A DNA stretch of 60,318 bases, filler included, from Catajapyx aquilonaris (GCA_000934665.2; 2 parts of 2 records of this genome joined end to end with filler, not necessarily neighbours in it), one strand, 5' to 3'; positions 1 through 13,000 are shown, counted from the first letter of the whole stretch. The notes: a model not told the origin generated them from the letters alone. Numbers and translations are program-made.

Positions 1-102
1 ACGACCCAGCGACGGGTCTCTTCTGCCTGCGCACTCACTCACTCGATTTGTAAACAGTGGCAACAATGGAAGCGCTCTCCATGGGCTGATGTTTGAATTG
101 GC

Positions 103-186
103 CCGCCGGACAGGGTTGCCAGGTAACCCCGCCGCCGCCGCTGCCGGAAAAAAAACATTCAGCGACGGCTATTATGTCCAGCACTG
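103..186. mobile_element. Right half of a Tc1/mariner-type MITE (same family as 8253-8375)
   Basis: Near-identical to the centre and right arm of 8253-8375, and ends ...gtccagcactg followed by TA. Confidence 0.65.
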
Positions 187-298
187 TACCAAGAATGGCA
201 TTCGCATTTTTTTTGGACAGTTTAAATATAAGCAAAATCATTCATTTGGTTCCATAATCGATTCATCCTGAGGTATAATCTTGTTTCAGAATACCACC

Positions 299-1258
299 AT
301 GGAGTCTCCAGTGGTCCGTTTGCAAGTCACTGCCCCATCAAGCTTTTGTGAGATGCTTCAGGCAGTTGAGAAGGACATCATCATTGTGTGCCGTGACGGA
401 CATGTTGCTGCCCACAAGTTGGTCCTCTACGCTATGGTTCCTTATCTACAGACAATTTTTAAGGAGACACCATCAGCTGATGCAATCTTATTGCATGAGT
501 TCAGTAAGGTTGTAGTAGAATGTTGCCTTCGGCTGATTTACACTGGGAATCTCAAGCTCAGTGTGAGCCGGTTTGTTGAATTTGAACAGTTGATTCTGGC
601 TCTAGACTTTAATCCTAATATACAATGGTCTCGGATACCTGGTGCGGAAACTAGCACTAGTGAAGCTAATAGCCCTAGTTTCTTTTCCAGTCCCGATACC
701 ACACCTTCTAGTAGTGGAGTAGTTGTAGAGTCTGAACCAGAGAACCCAGACATTAGGTGTGATACATGCAATATGCAATTTTCTACAGAAGATGAAGCTA
801 AGCGTCACATTGAACAAGTTCATATAACTTCTGAAGTAATTGTGTGCAAGTTTTGTAACCAGAAGTTTGTAAGTACGACCAGACTGTTGTCTCATGAGAA
901 GATGTGCAAGATAAATAGGGAAAGGAAGCAGCTTAAAAGTCGTAGAGGTCCTCGGGAACTCCAGAGACTCCACTGCACCTTGAACGTGGAAAAATCTCCA
1001 GGAAAATCACGAGAGTCAAGCAATCAAAAAGAGAGTCAGACTTCTCATCGAAGAAGTAATGACTCAAATCGGAATTATGTGACCCAAGGTCAGTTGAATG
1101 TGAAGATTATGAAATATACCTGCCCTATTTGCAGACAAGAGTGTAAATCCAAAGTGTCTTATCGGAATCATACCAAAAAGCATGGCTTTTCCAAGTGTTC
1201 CCAATGCAAGAAGCTTGTCAGAGATTTCTCAAAGCACAGATGCAGTTTCTCACATTGA
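299..1258 (+). CDS. BTB/POZ domain + C2H2 zinc-finger protein (paralog 1), single coding exon
   Basis: The N-terminus has a BTB signature (DIIIVCRDGHVAAHKLVL...CLRLIYTG). C2H2-type motifs follow: CDTC..H..H, CKFC..H..C, CPIC..H..H and a partial CSQC. The real start is probably the ATG at 299 (accaccATGg), just after a splice acceptor ttgtttcag ending at 289. The ORF-track start at 281 is TTG. Confidence 0.85.
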   Translation: MESPVVRLQVTAPSSFCEMLQAVEKDIIIVCRDGHVAAHKLVLYAMVPYLQTIFKETPSADAILLHEFSKVVVECCLRLIYTGNLKLSVSRFVEFEQLILALDFNPNIQWSRIPGAETSTSEANSPSFFSSPDTTPSSSGVVVESEPENPDIRCDTCNMQFSTEDEAKRHIEQVHITSEVIVCKFCNQKFVSTTRLLSHEKMCKINRERKQLKSRRGPRELQRLHCTLNVEKSPGKSRESSNQKESQTSHRRSNDSNRNYVTQGQLNVKIMKYTCPICRQECKSKVSYRNHTKKHGFSKCSQCKKLVRDFSKHRCSFSH

Positions 1259-1345
1259 AGAGAACAAGTAACAAGTACAGCACATTGATGCATAATGTTT
1301 CAAGGATTTGTTTTGGGGGACATGCAATCAAGAACGTGTGTTATA

Positions 1346-1942
1346 GCCAGCGGTCCCCGAGAATGCATGTCTGGCACCTCCCACTTTTCACATTTTCACA
1401 CATGCTCCAAGGAGAAAGTGAGGGTACCAAGTGAAGCGAACATTATCTCATTATTTTTATTTTTATTTAGTTTACCCCGTGATGACCCTTATGGGTGCTA
1501 TAGGGGGGTGGCATACCGCCATCAGTTTTCTGTATATTTTTTTTGCTTCATTCACTGGTGCAAGGAAACAGGGACAATGGAAAGGATAGGGATTTTTGGG
1601 GAGGGAACATGGGTGCAAGGTGCAATGTCATAGCTATGGGTCATGTGCTGTTCCCCAGGAGGTTATGTTGCCAGACACCTCCTTGGTGCAGTTCAGAGAC
1701 CCTCCTGACGCAGGTGAAAGGAAAGTTCCCCAGGCGGGGATCGAACCTGGGGCCTTTCACTCAGCAAGCCGAGACGTTACCATCTGGGCCATCTACACCT
1801 GCCCACATTATCTCATTAAAAACATTACACTGGCAAAGGAAATATTATTCCTAAGGTGCTTGTGATTTTCATAACCAGGAGTCGTTTGTGAAAATTTGAA
1901 AAGTGGGAGGTGCCAGACGTGCATTCTCGGGGATCCGCTGGC
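1346..1942. mobile_element. MITE with long TIRs, interrupted by a SINE
   Basis: gccagcggtccccgagaatgcatgtctggcacctcccacttttca at the left end is the reverse complement of the sequence ending at 1942. TATA flanks both ends. Confidence 0.8.
1454..1804 (-). mobile_element. tRNA-derived SINE, family B
   Basis: The minus-strand head has A/B-box-like sequence (gatggcccagatgg...ggttcgatcccc) and there is an A-rich tail. A perfect 14-bp TSD acattatctcatta lies at 1440-1453 and 1805-1818. Confidence 0.85.
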
Positions 1943-2054
1943 TATAGTAATTCCATCAAGTGTTAGAAAGGATGATCTGAGATATTTTCCTAGAAGCAAG
2001 TCAGTGGCAATGTTATCTGGGTTTCCTTGTGATTCCTAAGTGTCAGTCTGCATA

Positions 2055-2397
2055 GGGAGGTGGTGTGGCGCTGCGGTAACGTATGGGTATGCCCTCACGG
2101 ATGTTAAGGTCCCGGGTTCGATCCCAGCCCCGGGTTCCCCCCTTCATCTTGTGCAGAGTTGGGCCATCTCTTGCTTCGTCTCGGGTGGAATTTCCATAGA
2201 CTATTCCACCCGGGGGAGTTCACAAAATGACCACACCAATGACATTACACTTTTGCACATCCCCTCCTGTCATTCTGCCCGTGGGCCCGGGCGTTACTTA
2301 AAAAGGTTCCAATAAATGTACAGTACAGGACATAATAAAGCTCCGTGCTATCCGATGAGGTCAAGCACTACCTGGATTATTATTTAAAGGGAAAAAA
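2055..2397 (+). mobile_element. tRNA-derived SINE, family A copy 1
   Basis: A-box-like tggcgctgcgg and B-box ggttcgatccc. A 17-bp TSD aagtgtcagtctgcata lies at 2038-2054 and 2398-2414. Two further copies are in the window. Confidence 0.9.
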
Positions 2398-5351
2398 AAG
2401 TGTCAGTCTGCATAATAGCCAAGTAAATCTTGGTCTTGGACGTAATATCCTGGTGATATTGCCACTGTGTCTTCATGTTTGTGAATTGAAATGTGCTCAC
2501 TCTTTGCACATTACACAATGTTAATTACATCCAGGGCCTGAAATAGGCTTGTCACTAGGATAGTATTGACATAGTGCAGCATGTAATATGAGGCTGGGAA
2601 GATTTTTAACAAGTGTGCGAACTGTGAGTTAGTGTACGTTCTGGTAGGACAAAGCAAGGTACTTCCTATTACTTTGTTCCTAATATTTTGTACAATGTCC
2701 TTTTAATTTTGTACCTCAGCATTCATATGTAATATTGTAAACATATGCCATAATTATGTGTTGGCAAGGGTTGATGGTGTTGGGTATGATCTGATCCTGT
2801 AAATGTCGAGTATGATCTGGACTGTGTTGGGCGTTACATATCAAGCAATTAACACCACTCAGAATTTAGTTACAGATACCTAAGTTACAACTCGGGTATC
2901 TGCACTCACCTGCGCTTATATCAACATTATTGCCCTACATCTAATTCTAGTTCTTCAGGCTTCTGTAATGCATTAGATTCTAATGCATTACAGGTGAGTC
3001 TTGATTATCCAGATGCCCATATTTTCCAGACCTGCACTGGCATTTTTTAAAAACCACTATTTACCAGGTTCTGCGATGTGGAGGTGTACTGTGAATGTGG
3101 AGGTGTGCTGTGAATTTACGCATTTACTCATTTGTATGGCAGCGAGTCATGTAGACAAACATTGGGACTTGCAGGTGCAGTAGAAACCTGATTAGGACAC
3201 TTGGGCCTGATTAGTGTGGATAATTGAGACTAGACTGCAATTTCTGAGTTTATTTACTGGCTAAAAGCTTGATGCCGTGCAATAGGGTAATGGCTATGAG
3301 GTTGATATTCCTGGTAAAAGTTAAACAGCGGAAAAGCCTCATTGGGACCTCCAGGAAGAATGTTATACTGGAGTGAAACTCTTTTTTTGTTGTTTTTGTT
3401 TTTTTGTTTTGTTTTTTTGCTAGATTGGTTGTTGGAAACCAGATGGTATGCTGTAGGCTGTAGGCTACTATAGTGGAATGAAGTTTTAGTTCACATATCA
3501 AAGGTGGTTTTTTTCGTACATTTTTAGTGATCTTTAAGAATCCATGGTGTGATAATTTACGTTATAAGTTGTGTGACACAAGACTGAGAAGCCAAGCTGT
3601 AATACTGTTTTAGTGTGATTATTTACAAAAAATACAAGAGATGTGTAACTGTTGGTACTAATTATTGCATCTTCAATTTTATCAACACCCTATACTACAG
3701 CCAGCCGTCAATAATTATTTGCAGCATAGTACCTAGAATCAAAGGTAGATTAAATTTTTACAATCCCCATCAACAAAATAATGAATGTTATTTTCCCGCT
3801 CGTTCCCACATGTTATTTCCAGGCCTGCAGAGCCTTTCTAATCTGTGGGAGCTCGTGTGGCGCGGAGGGATTGGGGAGATGCTATCTCCGGTTGCTAGGA
3901 ATTTTCTCTCTGCGCGGGTTGCCAGATGTACCGGTACAGTACACATTCCGGAATTGCATACCTGCACCGGGAAGCCCTTTCCCCTAAAATGCCTGATTAG
4001 TGATTACCCTACTTGTTGCGCACCCTTAGAACCTGAAGAAATTCCAACATTCACTTATTGTTAGTGTAAAGACAGTACAGCACAGCCTGGTCCCTGGTGT
4101 ACCGCAGCAACGTACAGGAATTTTCAGAGGTTGGTACCCGATCTTCGGATAACGGATTTGGCAACCCCTGCGCAGGAGAGAGGAGGGGGAAATGGCCAAT
4201 GGGAATGGGGGTAACAGAAAACCGTGGCGCGTAGGGTCGTATGTATCAAGTGGTAGCTGCGTAGCTCAACTCCTCAAGCCTGAAAACTGAAGAGTGCCAG
4301 TTGTAGGGTAGGGATAGGGAAAAACAACGGTTGATGAATACTCTCGTATGGTACGGTACATACAGCACGTACACAATACAATGAAACCTAAAACCTTGCG
4401 GGGCTACGGCACTCGACTGACAAGTTCGCGAAAAGTATGGCAAAAATATATATATTCCGAGGTTCCAATTTGTTTTTCTCAGAACCGAGCGGTAACCCCA
4501 GGACAAAAGGTAAAAGTAGGGGAGTCGCGTACTACAATGGGTTCATCAGTTGAGGGGGTAAATATCACGTTTCCTGGAAGGAGAGCATGAGCCTGGATGT
4601 ATGAGGACAGTTTACTAGCAGATACCCTCCCTGCGGGTGTTGCCATATAAGTTCGTGCCACTTGTCTCTTCGCGTCATATGTAGCGACGACGCGACGTCT
4701 TTCAGGCTGACTGACATTAGCTCTGGCGTTGCCGTTGATTGCGTCCTTGGATGTAGATTACTTTTTTTTATTTTTTAAAGTTACTTTTTGCGGTAGAACT
4801 GGTGAGACTTTGCCCTGCCCGGGCGACCCGACATCGCGCAGGCTGAACGTGATTTCCCGCTCGACTCTGATAACTCTCGTAGGTTCTGGGGTCGTTTTCA
4901 GTCTTGCCGCAGCTCTGCATGGTGGTGAAGCGCCCGGCTCTTCTTTTTGAACTGCTTACGAACTGCAGATAGAAGGTGGACGTTGGCTTTGATGCTATTG
5001 ATCCTCCCGATATTTGCGCTGCTCCCTCCGCATCTGCCCCATTGCGTTTGTGAAGGGGAAGCAGTGGGGTCACGCTTGTGTTGTGGCTCAGGAAGAGTGG
5101 ATGGTGAAGCGACCATACGGAGCGGATGTGGGTCGACATAGTTGTCAGTGGGTCATTGGCTCAAAATTAAAGCTATCCTAATGTTTTCTAGAGGATTCCA
5201 GGCTAAAGGTCTCATATTTGTTCATGAACCAAATATCTGACTACCAGGAGGCCTGTTCATATTCCCTGCAATACTCGGACTAACACTTCTAGCTTATTTT
5301 CACTGGTTACATAGAGAGAGCACTAATGCTATCGAAACGAAAAATTTAACA

Positions 5352-5575
5352 GGCCTTGGTCTCCTAGTCCTAGTGCGCCTACGCCGCGCCGTTTGGCATA
5401 TCTCGGCCGTCACAGGGAGAACCGCCCTATCTACAAAACCAGTGAGGACGAAAGTCGCGTACAGACCCTGCACGCAACTTCCGTCCTTACTGGTTTATTT
5501 TGTAGATAGGGAGTTTCTCCCTGGGACGGTCGAGATTCCAAATGGCGCGGCACATGCACGTAGGTGGCCAAGGCC
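5352..5575. mobile_element. Foldback MITE with an adjacent partial inverted copy at about 5677-5745
   Basis: The ends are ggccttgg...ccaaggcc and the arms are imperfectly complementary over most of the length. 5677-5745 is the reverse complement of its internal segment. Confidence 0.65.
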
Positions 5576-7687
5576 GGTTACACCCCCCCCNCCCCCCCGG
5601 CTCGATAGCTTTAGTATTCTCGCTAAATAACTAAGGAAAATGAGCCAGAAGCTACAAAATCCGTAAGTACGAAAGATGCGTGCAGGGTCTGTACGCGACT
5701 TTCGTCCTTACTGGTTTTGTAGATAGGGCGTTTCTCCCTGGGACGACATCTCTTGCAGCCAATCGCGGAGCCAGGTCGTCACCCCAGGAACGTCGTAGTT
5801 TGAAATATAATGGCGCCTTGATGTGGAAACGCATCGGTCAGTCATGCATGGGTTCTCGAGGCCCACGAGAGTTTATATTGTCAAAGAAGCCAACTGCGCA
5901 TCCGCGGGTTTCCCGTAAGGGCAACAGAGGAAAAGTAGAAAATTTTCAACTTTGTCGGAGCCCTCTTCCGAGCACGACAGAGGCGATCGAGTCCGCCTCG
6001 ACGTACAAGATTTCTCGTGCTACAGACGCTTGACAAGAGATAATCTTGTGTGCATACCGGCCTTGACCCCCGGGGTTGCCCCTGGAAAAGTGCGGAAGAA
6101 GGATTATGGGTCACCGACCCACCCCATGGGGTTATCCCGAGAGAGCAGTTTGCTGTCGACAGTGTTAAGACAAAAGTGGAGATCGTACACGGGAACACGG
6201 GAGTGTAGTCAACTGGTCCAAAGTGGAGATGCAAAGGGGCCTGTTTGTCGCGAGCCAGATGGAATACTAGACCGGGGCAGGGATAGCGGAGGAAGACAGG
6301 AAAACGGGCCGGGAGGGGATGGACACTGCGACTATGCTCCACCAGTGGGTGTCGAGATAGCTTACGTAGCTGTTGCTCTCTGTTGGTGAACGGACAGAAA
6401 CATCCAAACTGCTGCGCAGCAACTAGTGTGATAACGGCGTACTAGGCGTTAATAGGTGGAACGTCTATACATTGTTATACGCAAACACTTGTTGAGGGTG
6501 GGTGGATGAGGCGGAATTCCTAGGCCCTGGCCACACGTGAAGCAAATGTCGGGAAAAATCTCCCGTGGCATCAGGAGACAAGCTGCAATCCTCCGCGACA
6601 TATGATGCACTCAAGGCCACGTTCCAACGGAAGAGCATGAGAATTGGGGGAGAATAGTGTCCTAAGAGTCACATGAAAATTTAGCTGTTTTAATTTCAAG
6701 ACTTGTTGTACGTGGTCACTCGAAAGGTTGATTGGACACACTGGGTATTTTTTTCGCAGGAGACAAAATGGCAGATTTGTTTCACCTGTGACCTGGAACT
6801 AACAACTGCAATGCACCCTGAAGCAGAATCGTGGAGTTTTTCCTAACTAGTTATAACATCATATGGGCGCAGATGTCGCAATTCACCTCATAATATCTCG
6901 CAGTTACGGATTTTGTTCAGGTCACCGCCGGAAAATCCCTAGTACTGCATCACGATACATGAAGGCTGGGTGCAAAGTACGCAGCGCCGCGCCGGGTTTC
7001 CCAATAGGCAGAGTAGGCAATTGCATAGGGGCGCCAGAAATTTGGGATGTGATTTTTTAAAATACAAGACAAAGGCGAGCTACATACTGGCGGGGGGGGG
7101 GGGGGGNGGGCAGGAGGGGAAATCCGGCGCTGAAAGTACGATATGTCGGTCGTCCACATAACCTTCTCCCTCAAACATCATGCCGTTGTCAGTTTTTCGA
7201 AGAACTTGCCATTTATTCCTTTCCTACCAACTTGATCCAGGAGTGATGCCCAAGCTGCAATGGAAGTTGGGCGACTAAGGAGTCTTTTATGAATTTTATT
7301 ACGGGTGACATTTCTTCAGACTTCGAGAGCCGTCGCCAGCAATCTACCACATCAAGAAATGTTTTGAAAACATGGCCACATTCATTTGGTCTGGCGCAAA
7401 CAGTATGAAAAGTGGAAAGTTCCCTTGAAAGTTCCAAAGGTGCATTCTCAGACATAGTTGAATATACATTATATCATCATTACAAAAGTTGGTACGCGAA
7501 ACGCCGATTTCTAACTCCCCACGCACACTTTTGAACTAGAACGTGTCGATGACACCTTGGCAACAGGACATGGGGTGGTTGGGGGGCAGCTGGAAAGGAG
7601 GGAGCGCGGAACAACGAGAGAAGGGGTGGAAGAACTGAATGTCAACGGGATTTATCAACGCAACCCATAGAGCGCTCGAGATGTATA

Positions 7688-8034
7688 GGCTCATTCACAC
7701 GAGCGACCCTTGGCCAGGAATTCCTGGCCAATACGGAAACGTGGCCAGCGCCTGGCCAGGAATCGAAAGTAACGGTTCACACGAGCGACGTTGTTGGGGG
7801 ACAAGTGAGCATCGCGGGGCGCTTGGGAGGGCCGCTACTGCGCATGCGTTACTCCCGGCAACCATCTCTGGCCATGGCTAGCCATCTTCCGGAGCATGGC
7901 CAGCTCGGCTAGCTTTTCCTGGCTCGGGTGGCGACCTTCCCTTCCTGGCCGAGCCTGGCCATTAGCGTGTGAACGGTCTTGGCGACTTTTGGCCAGGAAA
8001 CTTCCTGGCCAACGGTCGCTCGTGTGAATGCGCC
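7688..8034. mobile_element. PIF/Harbinger-like MITE
   Basis: TIRs gg(ct/cg)cattcacacgagcgacc, with internal repeats of tggccagg and ttcacacg. The superfamily is inferred from the GG termini only. Confidence 0.7.
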
Positions 8035-8063
8035 AATGTGATTGACCACTGACAACAGCAAGC

Positions 8064-8189
8064 ATCATTACTGAGTCTCCCATGGACCATTACACATTTT
8101 ACTGCTCTTGCAGTGCTTTTGTTGCAAAAAAAAAGCATTACAAGAGCATTAAAATGTGATGCTCAATGGGAGACTTGAGTAGTGATGAT
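8064..8189. repeat. Imperfect palindrome / small foldback MITE
   Basis: agtctcccat...cacattttactgctcttg pairs with caagagcattaaaatgtg...atgggagact. Confidence 0.6.
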
Positions 8190-8252
8190 CCTTTCATACT
8201 TTGCGGTTTACAGTTTTTGGGTAACTTTTAATGCGGAAGGTCAATGGGCGTA

Positions 8253-8375
8253 CAGTGCTGGACATATTAGCCGTCGCTGAATGTTTTTTTTCCCGCCGGA
8301 CGGGGTTGCCAGGTAACGCAGCGCCGTCGCCGACGGAAAAAAAACATTCAGAGACGGCTAATTTGTCCAGCACTG
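8253..8375. mobile_element. Tc1/mariner-type MITE
   Basis: About 40-bp TIRs starting cagtgctggaca, TA on both flanks, and a second copy at 103-186. Confidence 0.8.
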
Positions 8376-9877
8376 TATCTGATTTCACCTCAATTTTGTG
8401 TTTACGGCATCTGTGAGGCTTTGAGCTAACCGAACCTGCGCGCTGTCCATGGCTTTTCCCGAAGATACCAGCTCAGCTATGCGCATGGCAAATCCACAAT
8501 AACATTCATTGGCCTACTGAGCACTAGACGTACATCGTTGTTGTCGGATACATTACTCACAATAAGCGCTCAGCTCGCATTGCTCGCAATGAACTAAAAT
8601 CATCGGCAAATTCGAAAGGACAATTCTGGTGCAGTCATTTCAAGACCACACAATACACCAACACAACAAAGTGCTATATCCATCATTCCATTACCTCCAT
8701 CTCTCTTTGCCCAGGGGTCGCCCTTGAGCGCAAAAATTCATTTCAGCCCTTCCTTTCCAAGTACAGTGCCGGCAGACCGACACTCATCCCGTTGCTCCCT
8801 AAAGCAGGCCCCACACTGGCTTATTTTCTCTCAAGGAACAGTCCCATTTAAAGCCGGTATCCACGTTAGAGTTTCTCTCATAAGAGTCCTCTTGTGCGAG
8901 AAATCTTGTACGTCGAGACGGACTCTTTGTCGCCTCAGGGCCCCTCTTGTCCCTCTAAAAGGGGATTAAAGTTGAAAATTTTCAACTTTTCCTCTTTCCT
9001 CGTATCCGGGCATGCGCAGTTGGCTCCTCTTATGAGAGAAAACTCTTACGTCGGTACCGGCTTTTATGAGAGGTTGCGTGTGAGAAACTGAGCCAGTGTG
9101 GAGCGCTAATCCGATTCAATTCATGACGCCACGTGAGGGTACGAGTCAGCGCTCATTACTCCCCATTCGTCACACTTTGTCAAGCGGGGTACACACGTAG
9201 CCAGTAACTCGCCCGAGCATGAGAGTAGCTTACTGCACATGCTCACTCGCCTCCTACTCGCCTTCCGAATAGAGCGGGCTACACACGTTGCGAGTTACTC
9301 GGCCGAATAGAGGATTACGCTTGCGCAGTAGCCTACTCGCTCTCCAACTCGCCCTGTGAATAGGCGTGAAACCGATTCGGGAGGCGAGTGAGCATGTGAA
9401 GTAAGGTACTCTCCGCACTGCTGGGCCGATACCCAGCAGCGAGATTGTGACCCACGGGAAGGTTGCACACTGACCAAAGATGTTAGAAGTTGTCCCCCTC
9501 CAACTGGGTTTTCTCCTATGTGGAACGCACATCAGGAAAAGTGGGAGCACGAGGAATACAGGAATAACAGGACAGCACTTGGGGGATTTTCACCATGCCA
9601 GAAAATAAGCTAGTGTGGAACCGGCTTGTACAGTACATTCCTCCATTCCGTTCCGCCGTGGCCTGCTCTCATCGCTCCTCATTCCGCGCCGCGCCTTCTG
9701 CTATGACGTCATGGCGTGACGTCACAATTGAATACAGGCACATGAAACTATTACGGAAGACGAAGGTTAGGTTTTGTTCAGCGAAAGAATGTCATGACGT
9801 CATTCTTTCGATGAACAAACTACATCCTTGTTATAATCGTTGGCAACAACGAACTATTTCGGTATTGGGTATATGTA

Positions 9878-10002
9878 CAGTGGTTGAAATTAATGGATAA
9901 GCACAAGTATCGCCGCCTGGCGGGGTTTTTCCTTTACATGAAGCAAAGGAGAAGCTCCTCCAGGCGGCGATATCTGTAATTATCCATTGATTTCCACCAC
10001 TG
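9878..10002. mobile_element. Tc1/mariner-type MITE
   Basis: TIRs cagtggttgaaattaatggata / tatccattgatttccaccactg with TA flanks, plus an internal inverted pair atcgccgcctgg / ccaggcggcgat. Confidence 0.75.
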
Positions 10003-13000
10003 TACTGTACTGTACTACTGATTGCTGGCACGACTGGTAGACATTGATACGCGCTGGTGCAACTGCAGCGCTACTCTTGGTAGCTCGGAGAAAATACTTT
10101 CTGCCCAGTGACGTCAGTTGAAGGCTGCGCCTGCGCACGTTCTGGGTAACTTCTCCTTGCACTCGCCTCAACTGCATCAACAATTGCCGCCACTTCTACC
10201 CGCGGAGCAACAACCCGCCACCAAGCGCCACGACGATGCCTTAATAACAATTTCCTCCACCTCAGTCGGCTACACTTTGCCATTCACGTGTCATGTCCGA
10301 GTGGGAGTTAAGAAATCCATGCACCACTATCGACGTGTCAAGTGTTCCGGATGTCCAGGGCAATCCACGACAGGAAATGTAACTCGATGTAACTAGCGCA
10401 AACGGCCGTTATTAGGCGCAGTTACAGAAGGTGGGGTAGACGCGTTCGAGACGCGGTTACGACTCCGGATCAAGTCTAGAACGGCACCAATTGTCCCATC
10501 GCCAGGGTTCGCTTGACGGTTGCGGCAGCGCCAGTAGCCACAACATCCACCATCTTGCTGTGTGCGTCTCACACCGTCCGACCTTGTAACCACACCCCGC
10601 AGCGAGGGACGCCAAATTGCTACATCAGCACGGCGCCTGACGTCCAACCGCTCCCTCTGGGCAACGCCAGTCCTGCCGGGAGGGAAAGTAGGACGAGGGG
10701 TTCTGGAGACGGGAGCAAGGGGTGGGGAGGTTCGCCTGTTGGGAAGCCTCCGATTGGCTCTCTCTCGTGCCAACTTCTCTCCGCCACGATTCCCCCTTCC
10801 CGCTGCAGTGCACCCCCCCTCCCCCTGCACAAAGAGACTGGACATCAGCACGGCTAGTTCGGCGTCCGTTGTTGCTCGTGTGTAGCGGCCTTTGTTCAGC
10901 ACAGAACGCGGCTTCAGGTAAGTTCTGTTTGCAATACGGGTTAGCACAACGGGCGGGTACGGATCCCCCGCATAGCCAGCCCGGGATGGGTGGTGGGGCG
11001 CAAGGTGGGGCGTGTGGAGGAAACGAGGCAAGCTGCACGCCAGACCTTGTTCGATCCGGGTGCCTGGGAGTGACGGCCTCGATAGTAGCATCAGGGTGGG
11101 GGGAGCCGAGCCAGCCGGTTGGGACAGTGGGGGGNAGAGCAGGCAGGATGGCGTGGGAAGCGCTGCATGAAAAAGAGCTCCAAGGCCGCTTCCCTTTCCG
11201 ACTCCGCGATGCGGCATATGTTCAGTGGCCGATGTGCTGCACATAGGGCGGCTCAGCCTAGCGCAATAAAACGAATGTGCCGGAAATACTGCTCAGTGGT
11301 GGGAGGAAATATAGTTGCAGGAAACAAGGTCCGTAGCGGCGCCTTCAAGATATAGGTTATCCGGTGAATTTTTGTTGGACGTTGGAGTCGGGAAAAGAAG
11401 ACATTTCCCCCGGCCCCTACCTCTGCGTCACGCGCCTCGTTCCATGTCACCCCTCCAAAAGACATTGCACGGTTTATCTCTCGGATCTCGTTCCGGATTA
11501 TCTCCCGGCCGGCAGGCGCCATGGTGGTGCACCAAGGCCTCGCTGTCGCACCATTCCCGAAAATTCGACTATATTGTGTCGGGCAATGGATTTCTTTCTC
11601 TGGGAATAGTTTTAGGCGGTTCTCTGCGTGCTCGCGGGATTTCTGGGGGTTCGCCCTTTTTATCCTCCGATATACCGAAACAAACCCGGCTTAGTTAGCG
11701 ACAGTTATACAGACTGGCACTATTATGATGTTAACGATGAACGCTGCTATATTTTTTGAGTAGGCTACTCTCACATTGTTAGTCGACGACTTTTTGATGA
11801 CCTGCAGTACCCCGTCGAATCACCCGATTTCTCACGCGAGGGTCTGTCATATCATCACGTAATATATGAGCGACCCCTAATGCCTCAGACACCTGGATAC
11901 TGGGTAAAATAGTCCCCACATCATCAGCCATTTGATTAATTTAGATTTGAAGAATATTACGGGTATTTAGGCTAGTGTTACATAGTTAAGTGCCAAATGG
12001 ATACAGAAACTAGGGAGTGTGATATTGAATATTGGGTTTCTGTACCGTCAACAAGACCGTCAACTAACATGAGACGGGGCTTGATAACGCTGGGATAAGG
12101 CAGGCATAAGTCAAAGCCAGAGTTTATCACCATTTAGCCCCATTTGAAGGACTGGCTTTCTATTGCGGCAGAAATTGACAGCCCTGATGTTAGTGCTTCA
12201 GGAATGACTCGTCCGTAAATAATTCTTCATGTCATATGTCAGCCAGTAGACTGATGATATACTGTATGTACAGTAGGCAATGTTACTGGGCCTTATCGCC
12301 TGAATGGCCTAAAATGTATGTCAAGCTGCTATGGGATACACCCCCACAAAAATTAACTTGTCATTAACCTCATGGCATTTTGGGGGTGGGGGGGGGGGGA
12401 TTAGCAGGTGATGTCACAAGCTCATCACCTAGCGCTCTCCCCGTCTCCCTCCCTCCCTCTTCCCCTCGGGCAATGCACAATGTTTTTTTTGTTTTTTTGA
12501 AAGCTAATGCATGTCCAGTGTTGAACACAATAAATTGCGCATTGAACATCAAGTACCTTGTTCATTCATTTGGCAGTGTATAGAAAATGTATAGCAATTG
12601 ACCTACATGTAACAGGTTCAGCTTAGCAAATGATAATTATCAGTAAATTGGTAGACTGTATTTTAAATTTAAAAATTCGGCTTTTGGTCATCAGGAAAGG
12701 AGTCATGAATGTGCAGCGGACATTCAGAGGAAGTTACAGGCTGTGCAGTGTACAAAAATGATGTTTGTTCACTGGTCATTCACTTTTATGCCTGGCTCGG
12801 GGCATCTGACATTTGACCCTCATTTTGTTGGCTATTTAATTGCTTCAAATATGTTATGTCTGGTGCCATATATGTGTGTTCCCCTCCAGTTAATCACATT
12901 ATTTTGTTTCTAACCATATGCTCACTTCACAGTAATTTATTTCATATGTTTCATTGCCTGCAACATAGAGGCATTTCCGAGGATTGGTTCTTGTCTATAG

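Noticed and set aside
1725..1804. tRNA-like sequences here and at 2055, 13591 and 16557
   Set aside because: They are SINE heads, each followed by a body and tail and flanked by TSDs, without an intact cloverleaf.
10393..11244. 283-aa minus-strand ORF and overlapping ORFs
   Set aside because: The region is GC-rich and open in several frames, contains an N, and has no recognisable motif.
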